DNA of 35,479 nucleotides. Origin: an uncultured archaeon. Lineage in GTDB: Archaea; Asgardarchaeota; Hermodarchaeia; Hermodarchaeales; Hermodarchaeaceae. The DNA is taken from positions 43,431-78,909 of the forward strand of contig CAYFXC010000012.1 in the NCBI GenBank assembly GCA_964347045.1. Direction: 5' to 3'. Within the stretch, counting starts at the first letter, position 1. Every line of letters starts with the position of its first letter. Position numbers and translations under genes: made by a program. Positions 18,372 through 27,362 of this stretch are shown here, one piece after another. The notes under the pieces were generated by a model. The model searched no databases. It was given only the letters and a program-made list of their open reading frames with translations, and was not told the origin of the DNA.

Positions 18372-19076
18372 ATGAATCAATCTAATGTTCTCGCAGAGTT
18401 TCCCTCTTGGCTTCTTGTGTTGGTTGGAACCTCTCTAATTATTGCCGGAGGTATAGCATATTCAATTCCACTAAATCCTTTTGTCTCGTTTGCGCTTTTT
18501 CTAATTGTGCTAGGAATCATAATTCTCCTACAGTCATCACAAGCCTTCCAAACCAACAATGATGTGAAACTCCTCCTCATTACTATATTTTCAATACTTC
18601 TAGTCATCTTAATTGACATGTGGCCACTCCAGTGGCTGTATTCGCAAACGGCGTTTAATCTTCTTCGAATCACTGGTGTAATCCCTGTTCAATACTTCAA
18701 TCCGCATTTCGGAGGAGTTCAAGTGCTCATTTTCATCCATGAAGCAATAACTATGAGGATTGTCGGAGGTGAAATCGACAACGCTTGCGCTGGGCTAATC
18801 GCCTTAGTCCCGTGCTTAGTGCTACTCATCCTTGCTGACAGAAATCTAGAACCAAAATCCAATCGAATAGTTATTGGAACGCTCGCAATCTTCATTATCG
18901 TATTTGGAAACCTCTTCAGAATATTCATCGAACTCTGGGCACCTGCTGTTGGACTAACTCCATTCGAGCTGGTACATTACCCACTCGCATTTTTACTAGG
19001 ATATCTTGGCATCGTTGTTATTGCCATTTTGGGCCAACTAATAAAACAACCCGAAAAACCATTGAACGTTAAATAA
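18372..19076 (+). CDS. Exosortase/archaeosortase family membrane transpeptidase
   Basis: Multi-TM protein with EIDNACAGL (catalytic Cys), GNLFRI (Arg) and VHY (His) at the family spacing. Confidence 0.75.
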   Translation: MNQSNVLAEFPSWLLVLVGTSLIIAGGIAYSIPLNPFVSFALFLIVLGIIILLQSSQAFQTNNDVKLLLITIFSILLVILIDMWPLQWLYSQTAFNLLRITGVIPVQYFNPHFGGVQVLIFIHEAITMRIVGGEIDNACAGLIALVPCLVLLILADRNLEPKSNRIVIGTLAIFIIVFGNLFRIFIELWAPAVGLTPFELVHYPLAFLLGYLGIVVIAILGQLIKQPEKPLNVK

Positions 19077-19078
19077 GC

Positions 19079-20464
19079 CTATTGTTCAGCTATATAGGTT
19101 AAGATATGTTCGGCGTCTGGTTTTGATAAACGCTTTTCCTTTTGTAAGGCTTTGATGAGTTCTGAAATTGAAGCCAAGGCATGAAGCTTTAATTTCTCTT
19201 TTTGCAGCCGTTCCGCTCCCCCCTGTTCCCGATCCACAACAACCAACACATCGGTTACCCTAGCTCCAGCATTTCGGAGAGCTTGAACTGCATCAATCTT
19301 GCTCTCTCCATCAGTGATTAAATCATCAATAACTAGCACATGATCGCCTGTTTCAAGGATACCTTCGACTCGTCGTTGACGACCGTGCTTTTTCGGTTTA
19401 CTTCGAATGTAGAGCAAAGGAATTCCTAAGCGGTTACATAAAGCAGTAGCAAAGGAGATGCCAGCAGTGGGCACACCAGCTATCTTTTTAAAGGTCACTT
19501 TGGGATGTCTAGTAATCCAATTTGTAAAAAGATCTGTTAGCTTTGTAAACTCTTTGGGATAGGAGGGGATGATTCGTAAGTCAATATAATAGGGACTCTT
19601 CTTACCTGAGGCTAATGTAAATTCGCCGAATTTAATTGCACCTACTTCATCTAGAAGAACAGCAATCATCTTGACAAATGCATCTCTGGTTGAGACTGCT
19701 GTTTGAGAGGTTACTACAAATGTTTGTTCTGCTAGTTCTTTTGCCTTCATTGCAGGATCCTTTGCTGAATAGATAGAACGCCCAACTATCTCATAATTGG
19801 CACCAGCGGAAACCGCTGATCCCGGCTTGCCACCTTGCACGCCAACTCCAGGAGCAAGTATAAGGGTTTTCAAACCAATGAAGTTGCGAATTTCACGTAC
19901 ATGTGCAGGTCGAGTTCCGGGAGCAATAACTCCTGTAACTTTCAATTGTTTAGCTAAATTCACTAATCTGGGTGTTTGAGGATGGATGAATTGAGCTGCT
20001 CCGGGGTGACTCATGTCTACAACCAGAATGACTCCTCGGTCACCTGCTTTCTTTGCTTCTTTGAGTACACTTCTAATTGCGTCATCGCCTATAAAACCGT
20101 GAACAATGATTGCATCAAATCCTGCTGCGAATGCATGTCTAGCAATCCATGCGTTAGTATTGTCGATATCAGCAACTTTGAAATCGGCTATTAGGGGAAG
20201 TTCAGGGAGAATCAATTTCAAATGATGTACTATTTCCAAACCAGCAGCTAGAACTAGAGGATAATTTAATTTAATTGCAACAACATGTGGCGCAACTGCC
20301 GCGGCTACGTGACATGCATATTCAATTAGATTTTGACGAGCTGAATGTGGAGCATTTGGCGGGAAAGTGTTAGCAACATCTAAAGCATGTATTAGGCGTG
20401 TTTTTTGAGATCTAACCCGTTCTTCCAGTGTTTTAATGAAGGCTTGCCCGATTAGTTTTACCAT
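19079..20464 (-). CDS. pyrF: Bifunctional orotidine-5'-phosphate decarboxylase / orotate phosphoribosyltransferase (PyrF-PyrE fusion)
   Basis: N-terminal half has ALDV, ADFKVADIDNT, MSHPG, PGVGVQGG and IVGRSI (OMPDC). C-terminal half has FGEFTLASGKKSPYYIDLR and VIDDLITDGES (OPRT). Single uninterrupted frame. Confidence 0.93.
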   Translation of the reverse strand: MVKLIGQAFIKTLEERVRSQKTRLIHALDVANTFPPNAPHSARQNLIEYACHVAAAVAPHVVAIKLNYPLVLAAGLEIVHHLKLILPELPLIADFKVADIDNTNAWIARHAFAAGFDAIIVHGFIGDDAIRSVLKEAKKAGDRGVILVVDMSHPGAAQFIHPQTPRLVNLAKQLKVTGVIAPGTRPAHVREIRNFIGLKTLILAPGVGVQGGKPGSAVSAGANYEIVGRSIYSAKDPAMKAKELAEQTFVVTSQTAVSTRDAFVKMIAVLLDEVGAIKFGEFTLASGKKSPYYIDLRIIPSYPKEFTKLTDLFTNWITRHPKVTFKKIAGVPTAGISFATALCNRLGIPLLYIRSKPKKHGRQRRVEGILETGDHVLVIDDLITDGESKIDAVQALRNAGARVTDVLVVVDREQGGAERLQKEKLKLHALASISELIKALQKEKRLSKPDAEHILTYIAEQ

Positions 20465-20502
20465 TGGTTTGAACCTCCTACTGGTTTTTAAGAAAGATTA
20501 GG

Positions 20503-21021
20503 CTAGATTTGACCTTGAAGTTGCTCAATAATGTAATCATGATTTGTGATTCGCTGACAATATGAGCAACGGAGTGTAACAGGTGAGCGGCCCATCACTT
20601 TGAATTTCCCTATTATTCCGCGTTCATTATTGGTAATACAACTTGGATTTACGCATCGAACTATGCCGGCGATTTCATCGGGAACTTCAATTCGCATTTT
20701 TGCAAATATCTTATACTTTCGGATGATATTGATGGTTGCTTGTGGAGCTACGAGGACAATTCGATTTATCTCATCAGCAGTAATTTCCCGACCTTCAACT
20801 TTGATGATATCCTTCTTACCCATCCGCTTACTTTTCACATTCATCGCAATACTAATAATATCCCCTTCTTGTCCAGTAATGCTAAGTATTTGCAAAACAG
20901 CAAGTGCGTTCCCAGCTGTAATATGATCTATTACTGTCCCACCTTGAATCTTTTGGACAAGCAATTCTTTGGGTTTTGCATGAGGTTTAGATTTCACAGA
21001 TTTGGTTTTTGAAGGACTCAT
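20503..21021 (-). CDS. pyrI: Aspartate carbamoyltransferase regulatory subunit
   Basis: GTVIDHI, GKKDIIKVE, ATINII and the Zn ligands CVNPSC..CSYC. Confidence 0.96.
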   Translation of the reverse strand: MSPSKTKSVKSKPHAKPKELLVQKIQGGTVIDHITAGNALAVLQILSITGQEGDIISIAMNVKSKRMGKKDIIKVEGREITADEINRIVLVAPQATINIIRKYKIFAKMRIEVPDEIAGIVRCVNPSCITNNERGIIGKFKVMGRSPVTLRCSYCQRITNHDYIIEQLQGQI

Positions 21022-21023
21022 TT

Positions 21024-21950
21024 TTATTTCACCTCCAATAACATGGACAAAATAGCCATTCGAACTAAAACACCATGAAACATTTGGATGAAGTAGCGGG
21101 CATGCGGAGTCTTATCAACCTCTGGGGCAATCTCATCAACTCGTGGTAAAGGATGCAGGATATCTAGATTGGGTTTCACATTCTCTAGCATACTATTATC
21201 TATACGAAAAATCCCTCGTACTTTTTCGTAATCAGTAGGTGTTGGAAATCGCTCTTTTTGAATACGAGTAACATACAACACGTCTAATTCAGGTAATATT
21301 CCCTGCAAATCGGTAGATTGAATAACCTCTTTACCGTGTTCACGCAAATCCATAACAATTTCATCAGGAAGTTCCAGCCCCGGAGGAGCAATACAATAAA
21401 GCCGATTCGTGAACCGTGTAATTGCATAAGATAGAGAGTGAACTGTTCGTCCGAACCTGAGGTCACCCAAAACAGCGATATTCAAATCCTCTAATCGACC
21501 CTGACTCCTACGAATAGTTGATAGATCTAGAAGTGTCTGGGTAGGATGGCGACCGGCACCATCTCCGGCATTAATAATTGGAATGCTTGAGACCTCAGCT
21601 GACCATTGAGCTGCTCCCTCCTGTGGGTGCCTTAAAACAATAATATCAGCATAATTCTCAACTGTTCGAATCGTATCAGCGAGTGACTCGCCTTTGGCTA
21701 CCGATGAAGCGCCAACATCTGCGACAGTTATCGTAGATCCGCCAAGTCGTGCCATGGCAGATTCAAAGCTAAGTCGGGTGCGAGTAGATGGTTCATAAAA
21801 TAAAGTGGCCAAAATTTTTCGCGAAAGCAATTTTGAAGGTTTGTTACCATATGCAATAGATTCCATCTCATCTGCTAGATCCAGTATCGAGAGTATTTCC
21901 TTTGTACTAAGGTCTGCAATACTTATTAGATTCCTAACCTTGAGTGACAC
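21024..21950 (-). CDS. pyrB: Aspartate carbamoyltransferase catalytic subunit
   Basis: FYEPSTRTRLSFE, KGESLADT, NAGDG..HPTQ, TRIQKER and HPLPR. Start placed at GTG 21950; the frame is open to 21983. Confidence 0.97.
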   Translation of the reverse strand: MSLKVRNLISIADLSTKEILSILDLADEMESIAYGNKPSKLLSRKILATLFYEPSTRTRLSFESAMARLGGSTITVADVGASSVAKGESLADTIRTVENYADIIVLRHPQEGAAQWSAEVSSIPIINAGDGAGRHPTQTLLDLSTIRRSQGRLEDLNIAVLGDLRFGRTVHSLSYAITRFTNRLYCIAPPGLELPDEIVMDLREHGKEVIQSTDLQGILPELDVLYVTRIQKERFPTPTDYEKVRGIFRIDNSMLENVKPNLDILHPLPRVDEIAPEVDKTPHARYFIQMFHGVLVRMAILSMLLEVK

Positions 21951-22037
21951 TGAAACGCCTCGTTTACGCTCAAGGCTGGGCAATAATAAAAGTGTTCGCC
22001 CTTACGAACTAGCTTGTTTTCCTTATAATGTGATATA

Positions 22038-24533
22038 CTATCGTTCTGAAAGGAGATTACTCAAGCGAGCAACATAACTACGAATGAAATCTTCAGTTGG
22101 TTCTTCAGGCTTTATTTCTCGATGGCTAGCTGTTGTTTTGTAAATACTTAGAGCAGTACTTACGATATGACGTGTTTGAGCCATAGCAAGCATTTTTTCT
22201 TGTAAGGGAAGATCCAGTAACAAAGGTGGGAAAAATAGTCTAGGAGCAACTAGGAAAATTTGGAGTCTATGAATGGTTTTATGAAGGCTATAGGGGAGCT
22301 GTTGGTGGTAAGCGTCCGATGTAAGTTGATTAAGTAATCTTTCAAGTTCTATTCTTGCTTTTTCTCGGTGAGTTTTTTCTTTCGTATCAGCAAATTGGCA
22401 TATATTTGCAAGCGCAATCAGAAGTTGACGTAATTGACGGAGACTTCGTTCAGTTTCAGTTTCTAACCCTTTTGCTAAATCGCTCAACAATAACGCAGCA
22501 TAGGCATAGTCATCTCGACTGATAATGTGTAATCCATCAACTAATCCCACAAATGTTGTGCCAAAAGTGCTGAAGAGCGAATAAACATCTGTAAGCTCTG
22601 GGATAAGTTCTGAGGCTTTATCGAAGGCTTTCTGAACCCTGTCAAAATACTCTTGGGCACCAACATAATCATGTTTGAGGAGATAGATCTGCCCGATTCG
22701 CCAATAATTTTCACCTACATCGTGATAAAAGAAAAGTTTAGAAAAATGATTTGCCGCTTCCTGATGCAATTGTTCGCTTTTTTCCAGCAACTCCGCACGT
22801 TCCAGTTCATTCGGAGTGAAATCCAAACTACTTTGAAATAATAACGAGTCGGCGTGTAATGTAATAGCCTTTGCTCGTTTATGACGTTCCCCTGTTTTCG
22901 ACCACGTTTCTGACGCTTTTTCGTAAAATGATGCAGCTTTTCGAATTAACTCAACATCACCTTTTAGTATGCCCAAGTGCTGGGCGGCATCTCCTGCCTG
23001 CTGAAAGGCATAGGCAGTGGCGACCGGATCAGGAACTTGTTCGGTGAGAATATTTGCATTTTGACAATACTGAAGCATTTCTTCATAGAGTTGTGTTTTT
23101 CCTTCAAAGGCTGGTGTTAGATCAGCAAGTTTTGCACAGGCAAAGGCAGCATAGCTCAAGGATACGACCTGACCCCGAATATCTTTGGTTTGATTAAGTA
23201 ATTCTAGACCCTTTTGGCTCAATTCGCGTTGTTTATTAGCCCATTCAAGTTTTTTGTCTGTTCGTGTTTCTAAGTCGGAAAGAAACCCGCACATTTCGCT
23301 GGCATTCATTATGGCATATCCAGCACCTCGTAACCCCTTTGTTTTCTCAGCCAAATCTCGACCTTCGAGCTGCAGGTGATAAATTTCCATTAATTTTTCT
23401 CGGCGGCTGTCCAGATTCATATCAAACCATGTCACTCGTTCTAGAGCCACACCCAAATTAATAGAAGCCCGTGCTCGAAGCTGATGAAGCTGCGTCATCT
23501 CACCAACTGTTCGAGACTTTCGCAGATACTCCTCTCCGAGCGTGAATAATTTGTTTCTCCGATCAAAATCTTGCTCTAATTCAGCAATGGAGAGAAATCC
23601 TGTTCCTGCAAGTGTATAGGCTCGAAGTAGGTCACCATATGCTGGTGTGCGCTCCAAAGTTGACACCGAGTGGAGGAAATGATCCTTGGCTTTTTCATAG
23701 AGATCTTGGCGAAGTTCGGGATCTCGCTCAGCTTCCGCCATGCGATAATATGAGCTACCTAAAAGACTCTGTATAATGCCTCTAGTACGGTTCTCTGTAA
23801 TGTCAACGAGTGACCGAACGAGTTCATGTGTATTGTCCTGACGTATTTGGCGAACGACATCAGGTTTAGTTTGAAAGGGATGAAGAAGATCAACCCCTTG
23901 CAAGACCGCGATATTACCAATGGGTGTACGATTTTTAACTTGGCTTAGAGAATTTGTTCGATGAAATATTTCGTGTAACAATATTTCTTTCTCAGCTCTT
24001 TCTGCATACAAGAGGAGAGGTTCAACTAAGAGGAGATAATAAGCATCTTTATTTGGAGTGTCCAGCTGTTCTGCAATTTCTATTCCGTACTTTGACCAAT
24101 GAATCTGTTGATCAGATTGTACAAATGCCAATAAACTTGTTATTAGATTTAAAGCTCTATGAATTTCATTTATTTCTATGAAGCCTTGTACTGCTTCAAT
24201 GAACCAATCCGGATTGGGTGGTTCGGCAAGCCACCCTTTGGCTTCTAATGATAATGCATTCAAGTAAAGAGTTTGCTCTGGTGTTAGAATGCTTTTTTCT
24301 TGTGCTTGTTTAAAGCGTGACAGAAATTCTGATAGAGTAGCTTTCATTTTAGAAAGGCTTTGAGCATGCCAAGCACTAGCCCAGATATTTTTAAAACCGC
24401 GTAATATAAGATCCGAAGTTTGAGTTCTTTTATACAAGGCAAAGCATTGTTCTGCAGCATCATGATATTCAGAATTGCGTTCTAAAATCGTAATGCGACG
24501 AAGTTCCATATTAATATCGCCTAAGCTCAACAC
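22038..24533 (-). CDS. Large alpha-helical repeat (TPR/SNAP-like) protein, ~830 aa, no catalytic motif seen
   Basis: Recurring helix pairs with small residues at TPR positions, e.g. LLGSSYYRMAE..YEKAKDHF, AFQQAGDAA..AASFYEKASE and YWRIGQIY..DYVGAQEYF. Confidence 0.7.
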   Translation of the reverse strand: MLSLGDINMELRRITILERNSEYHDAAEQCFALYKRTQTSDLILRGFKNIWASAWHAQSLSKMKATLSEFLSRFKQAQEKSILTPEQTLYLNALSLEAKGWLAEPPNPDWFIEAVQGFIEINEIHRALNLITSLLAFVQSDQQIHWSKYGIEIAEQLDTPNKDAYYLLLVEPLLLYAERAEKEILLHEIFHRTNSLSQVKNRTPIGNIAVLQGVDLLHPFQTKPDVVRQIRQDNTHELVRSLVDITENRTRGIIQSLLGSSYYRMAEAERDPELRQDLYEKAKDHFLHSVSTLERTPAYGDLLRAYTLAGTGFLSIAELEQDFDRRNKLFTLGEEYLRKSRTVGEMTQLHQLRARASINLGVALERVTWFDMNLDSRREKLMEIYHLQLEGRDLAEKTKGLRGAGYAIMNASEMCGFLSDLETRTDKKLEWANKQRELSQKGLELLNQTKDIRGQVVSLSYAAFACAKLADLTPAFEGKTQLYEEMLQYCQNANILTEQVPDPVATAYAFQQAGDAAQHLGILKGDVELIRKAASFYEKASETWSKTGERHKRAKAITLHADSLLFQSSLDFTPNELERAELLEKSEQLHQEAANHFSKLFFYHDVGENYWRIGQIYLLKHDYVGAQEYFDRVQKAFDKASELIPELTDVYSLFSTFGTTFVGLVDGLHIISRDDYAYAALLLSDLAKGLETETERSLRQLRQLLIALANICQFADTKEKTHREKARIELERLLNQLTSDAYHQQLPYSLHKTIHRLQIFLVAPRLFFPPLLLDLPLQEKMLAMAQTRHIVSTALSIYKTTASHREIKPEEPTEDFIRSYVARLSNLLSER

Positions 24534-24542
24534 CTCTCACCA

Positions 24543-25373
24543 TCAATTTGTGGTTTCAAAATATGATGCCAACTGACCTATAGAATGAGAGAACTGGTGA
24601 TCGGGTTGCTGATCAACGAAGAGATTTTGACTCATATTCTCCATAACTTCGCAAAAGCAAGGAATGATACTGATGACTTCCATTCCAAGTTGTTTCCCAA
24701 GGTCAATACTCAGTTGGTGATAATCATCAGTAGATTGCAACATGCTACAGGGAACTTTATTGACTATTAGTTGAGGTTTCTTTCCAAGTGTTTGATTATA
24801 AACGCCCTTGATTAGGTGTTGGGTGCCAACAATGTCGAGTTGATCCATTTTAATAACAAGAATTAATTCATCAGCAGCGAGGATTGCGTTAATTGAGCTT
24901 AGGGCAAAACCAGGGCTTGTGTCAAAGATTTGGAAATTGATCCCAAACCTTTCAAAGAGGAGATCTTTTCCATCTAAAACAAGTTGAAGGACTCGCGCTT
25001 GCCAATCTTCATTAAGACTTTGAGCAGTCATTTCATTAATTGCTGTTCCACTGGGGTTGGTGAATCCAACATGGAATCGACCTCTTGTTTGAAACTGTGT
25101 GCTGATATCAATCAGAACTTCATTTAATTCGCATCGTTGGGCAAGCCAATCATTGATGTAATACTTGACTCCATTCAAATGAAATAGTGCATTAAGACTT
25201 GGAGCACGAAAGTCAAAATCAAGAAGTGCAATATTCCAACCTCGCTTAGCTAAGGTTAATGCAACGTTGGCAGAAAGATTTGATTTTCCCGTTCCTCCTT
25301 TGAAACTATGAACTGTTATGGCTTTGTTTAAATTCCGTTCCTGTATTTCACGTATTCGTGAAGGTTGAGCCAT
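24543..25373 (-). CDS. MinD/ParA family ATPase
   Basis: HSFKGGTGKSN deviant Walker A, LLDFDFRAPSL, IFDTSPG, IVNKVP and IIPCFCEV. Confidence 0.9.
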   Translation of the reverse strand: MAQPSRIREIQERNLNKAITVHSFKGGTGKSNLSANVALTLAKRGWNIALLDFDFRAPSLNALFHLNGVKYYINDWLAQRCELNEVLIDISTQFQTRGRFHVGFTNPSGTAINEMTAQSLNEDWQARVLQLVLDGKDLLFERFGINFQIFDTSPGFALSSINAILAADELILVIKMDQLDIVGTQHLIKGVYNQTLGKKPQLIVNKVPCSMLQSTDDYHQLSIDLGKQLGMEVISIIPCFCEVMENMSQNLFVDQQPDHQFSHSIGQLASYFETTN

Positions 25374-25396
25374 ATCAAATTCCTCGTTTTACTCTG

Positions 25397-25867
25397 TCAG
25401 CAATTGGATTTGGGAATACTATATTGATAGAACCTATTGATACGAGTGCGTTCAAAATAACCTAAGCGAAATAGCTGACCAAGATATTTTGATTCAGCAT
25501 TTTGTGACTTGCCAGTAATCGCTGCAACATCTGCTGCATTTGCCTGTTTAAGTTTCAGCATAACCATTGCTGTTTCTCGGTATCGCCGAGGTACTCGTAA
25601 AAGCACCATCGCGTTCAATGGTAGATTTTCTGATGGACGCTCAACGGTTACCGTATCGCTGAGCTCCGTACCCCGAATTAGGTATTGTCGATCCACATAG
25701 AGAATGAGAACATGGGCTGGATCACCATGGAGGTGAGCGTGGCTAACAGGATATGAATCGGCGTTCTCAACTATCGCTTTTGGCACAGTTACTTTGATGT
25801 CCTGTTGACAACCATGACAGAATGTTTGAATGGTCGCTGTGTCTGTAGTCTCCTCTACTTTTGACAT
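25397..25867 (-). CDS. Putative Zn-binding (CxxC..HxHG..H) domain fused to a winged HTH
   Basis: FCHGC..YPVSHAHLHGDPAHVLILYVDRQYLIRGTE followed by ANAADVAAITGKSQNAESKYLGQLFRLGYFER. ATG 25867 lies behind GCGGGGA; the longer ORF start 26023 looks spurious. Confidence 0.75.
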   Translation of the reverse strand: MSKVEETTDTATIQTFCHGCQQDIKVTVPKAIVENADSYPVSHAHLHGDPAHVLILYVDRQYLIRGTELSDTVTVERPSENLPLNAMVLLRVPRRYRETAMVMLKLKQANAADVAAITGKSQNAESKYLGQLFRLGYFERTRINRFYQYSIPKSNC

Positions 25868-26091
25868 GCATAATTCCCCGCTGACTGTAATGCATGTATC
25901 CATTTTTTCCCCACAATGAGGTCTCTTAAACATTTTCTGTTTCAAAACCCTATCTTCAATGATATGCGAAGTCCTCAAGTCCATCTTGAATCGCATTTTA
26001 CTTGTGATAGTCAGGAAAATCAATTCCAGAAAAGCTTCTAAAGAGATATACTCTAGCGAAAAGAACTAGAATACATAGCGTGAATCAGAAA

Positions 26092-27315
26092 ATGAAATCA
26101 GTACTTGTGGTTGGCTTCAACGTCCGTCCACTCGCCCGTTCTGCAAAGAGAGCAGGGAATCGTGTTCTTGCTGTTGATTTCTGGGGAGATTTAGATCTCA
26201 ATGAATGGGCAGATGAGCATTTTGCAGTTTTAAATCAGCAACCTGACGAGCGCCCAAATCGTCCCCTTACTCCAACAGCGAAAACCTTAGTCATGGGAGC
26301 TCAACGACTACTCGAAAAACATGGACCTGTTGACAATATTATCGCAAGTGGAGGATTTGATGACCACCCCAAAGAGTGGAAACAACTGCATAAATTAGGA
26401 AACTTAATTGGAAACACTCCAGAAGGAATGATAAACGCTCGAAACCGATTTCTTACTCAAAAGGTAGCAAATCGATTTGGTGCAGCCATTCCTCAAAGCT
26501 TTGAAGCCTTTGAACCAAACCAGTTTCTATGGGCGACTAATCAGTTAGAATTACCAATCCTTGTCAAACTGAAATATGGCAGTGGTGGATTCCAGTCCCA
26601 GATTCTACAAACAGAAGAAGAAGTAAATCAGTACGCTAATCGACATCATTTTTCTAGCAGAGAACCCGTCTTGGTTCAAGAACTTATCCAAGGAACCGAT
26701 GTCAGTGTTTCCCTTCTTTGCACAGGAAGAACCGCAATAACACTCTCAGTGAATGAACAATTAATCGGTTTACCCAAACTCGGAAAAGGTCGAACTAAAG
26801 CCTATTGTGGGAACATCGTTCCTCTCAAGGCTGCTTCAGAAAAAGTTAACCGACTTGCAAAAATCTCGGAAGACGTTTGCAATCAACTAAAATTAATTGG
26901 GAGCAATGGAATTGATTACGTTATGGATGAAGAAGGTACTCCCTTTTTCATGGAAATCAACCCACGAATTCAAGCAACCATTGAAGCCATAGAACTTGTG
27001 AGTAATTTCAACATAGTTTCACTACATATTGAAGCGGTGAAAGGACATTTGCCAGCGAAAATTCCATCTCTTCAGGCTTTTTGCGCTCGTATCATCGTTT
27101 ATGCAAAAACCCCATGTGAAATACCTAATTTGAGTAATATTCCCGGCGTCGTTGATATTCCAATGCCTGGAAGCCACGCAGAGCGAGGTGATCCTCTTTG
27201 CACAGTGAACCACATAGCCGCTTCAAGGAATAACGCTTTGGAAGGCGCCTGGGATATTGTGAACACGATTTACAGGCATCTCATTCCAGTTTCTTTACCA
27301 AGTGAAGATGAATAG
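26092..27315 (+). CDS. ATP-grasp carboligase (MJ0776/Orf17-like, H4MPT/methanofuran-linked)
   Basis: GFNVRPLARSA..AVDFWGDLD N-terminus, GNTPE, K..YGSGG, VQELIQG, NGIDY and EINPR. Confidence 0.8.
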   Translation: MKSVLVVGFNVRPLARSAKRAGNRVLAVDFWGDLDLNEWADEHFAVLNQQPDERPNRPLTPTAKTLVMGAQRLLEKHGPVDNIIASGGFDDHPKEWKQLHKLGNLIGNTPEGMINARNRFLTQKVANRFGAAIPQSFEAFEPNQFLWATNQLELPILVKLKYGSGGFQSQILQTEEEVNQYANRHHFSSREPVLVQELIQGTDVSVSLLCTGRTAITLSVNEQLIGLPKLGKGRTKAYCGNIVPLKAASEKVNRLAKISEDVCNQLKLIGSNGIDYVMDEEGTPFFMEINPRIQATIEAIELVSNFNIVSLHIEAVKGHLPAKIPSLQAFCARIIVYAKTPCEIPNLSNIPGVVDIPMPGSHAERGDPLCTVNHIAASRNNALEGAWDIVNTIYRHLIPVSLPSEDE

Positions 27316-27362
27316 TATTCCTTAATTAGTTTAAAAGATACATTCGTCCAGAGGTTTTCATC

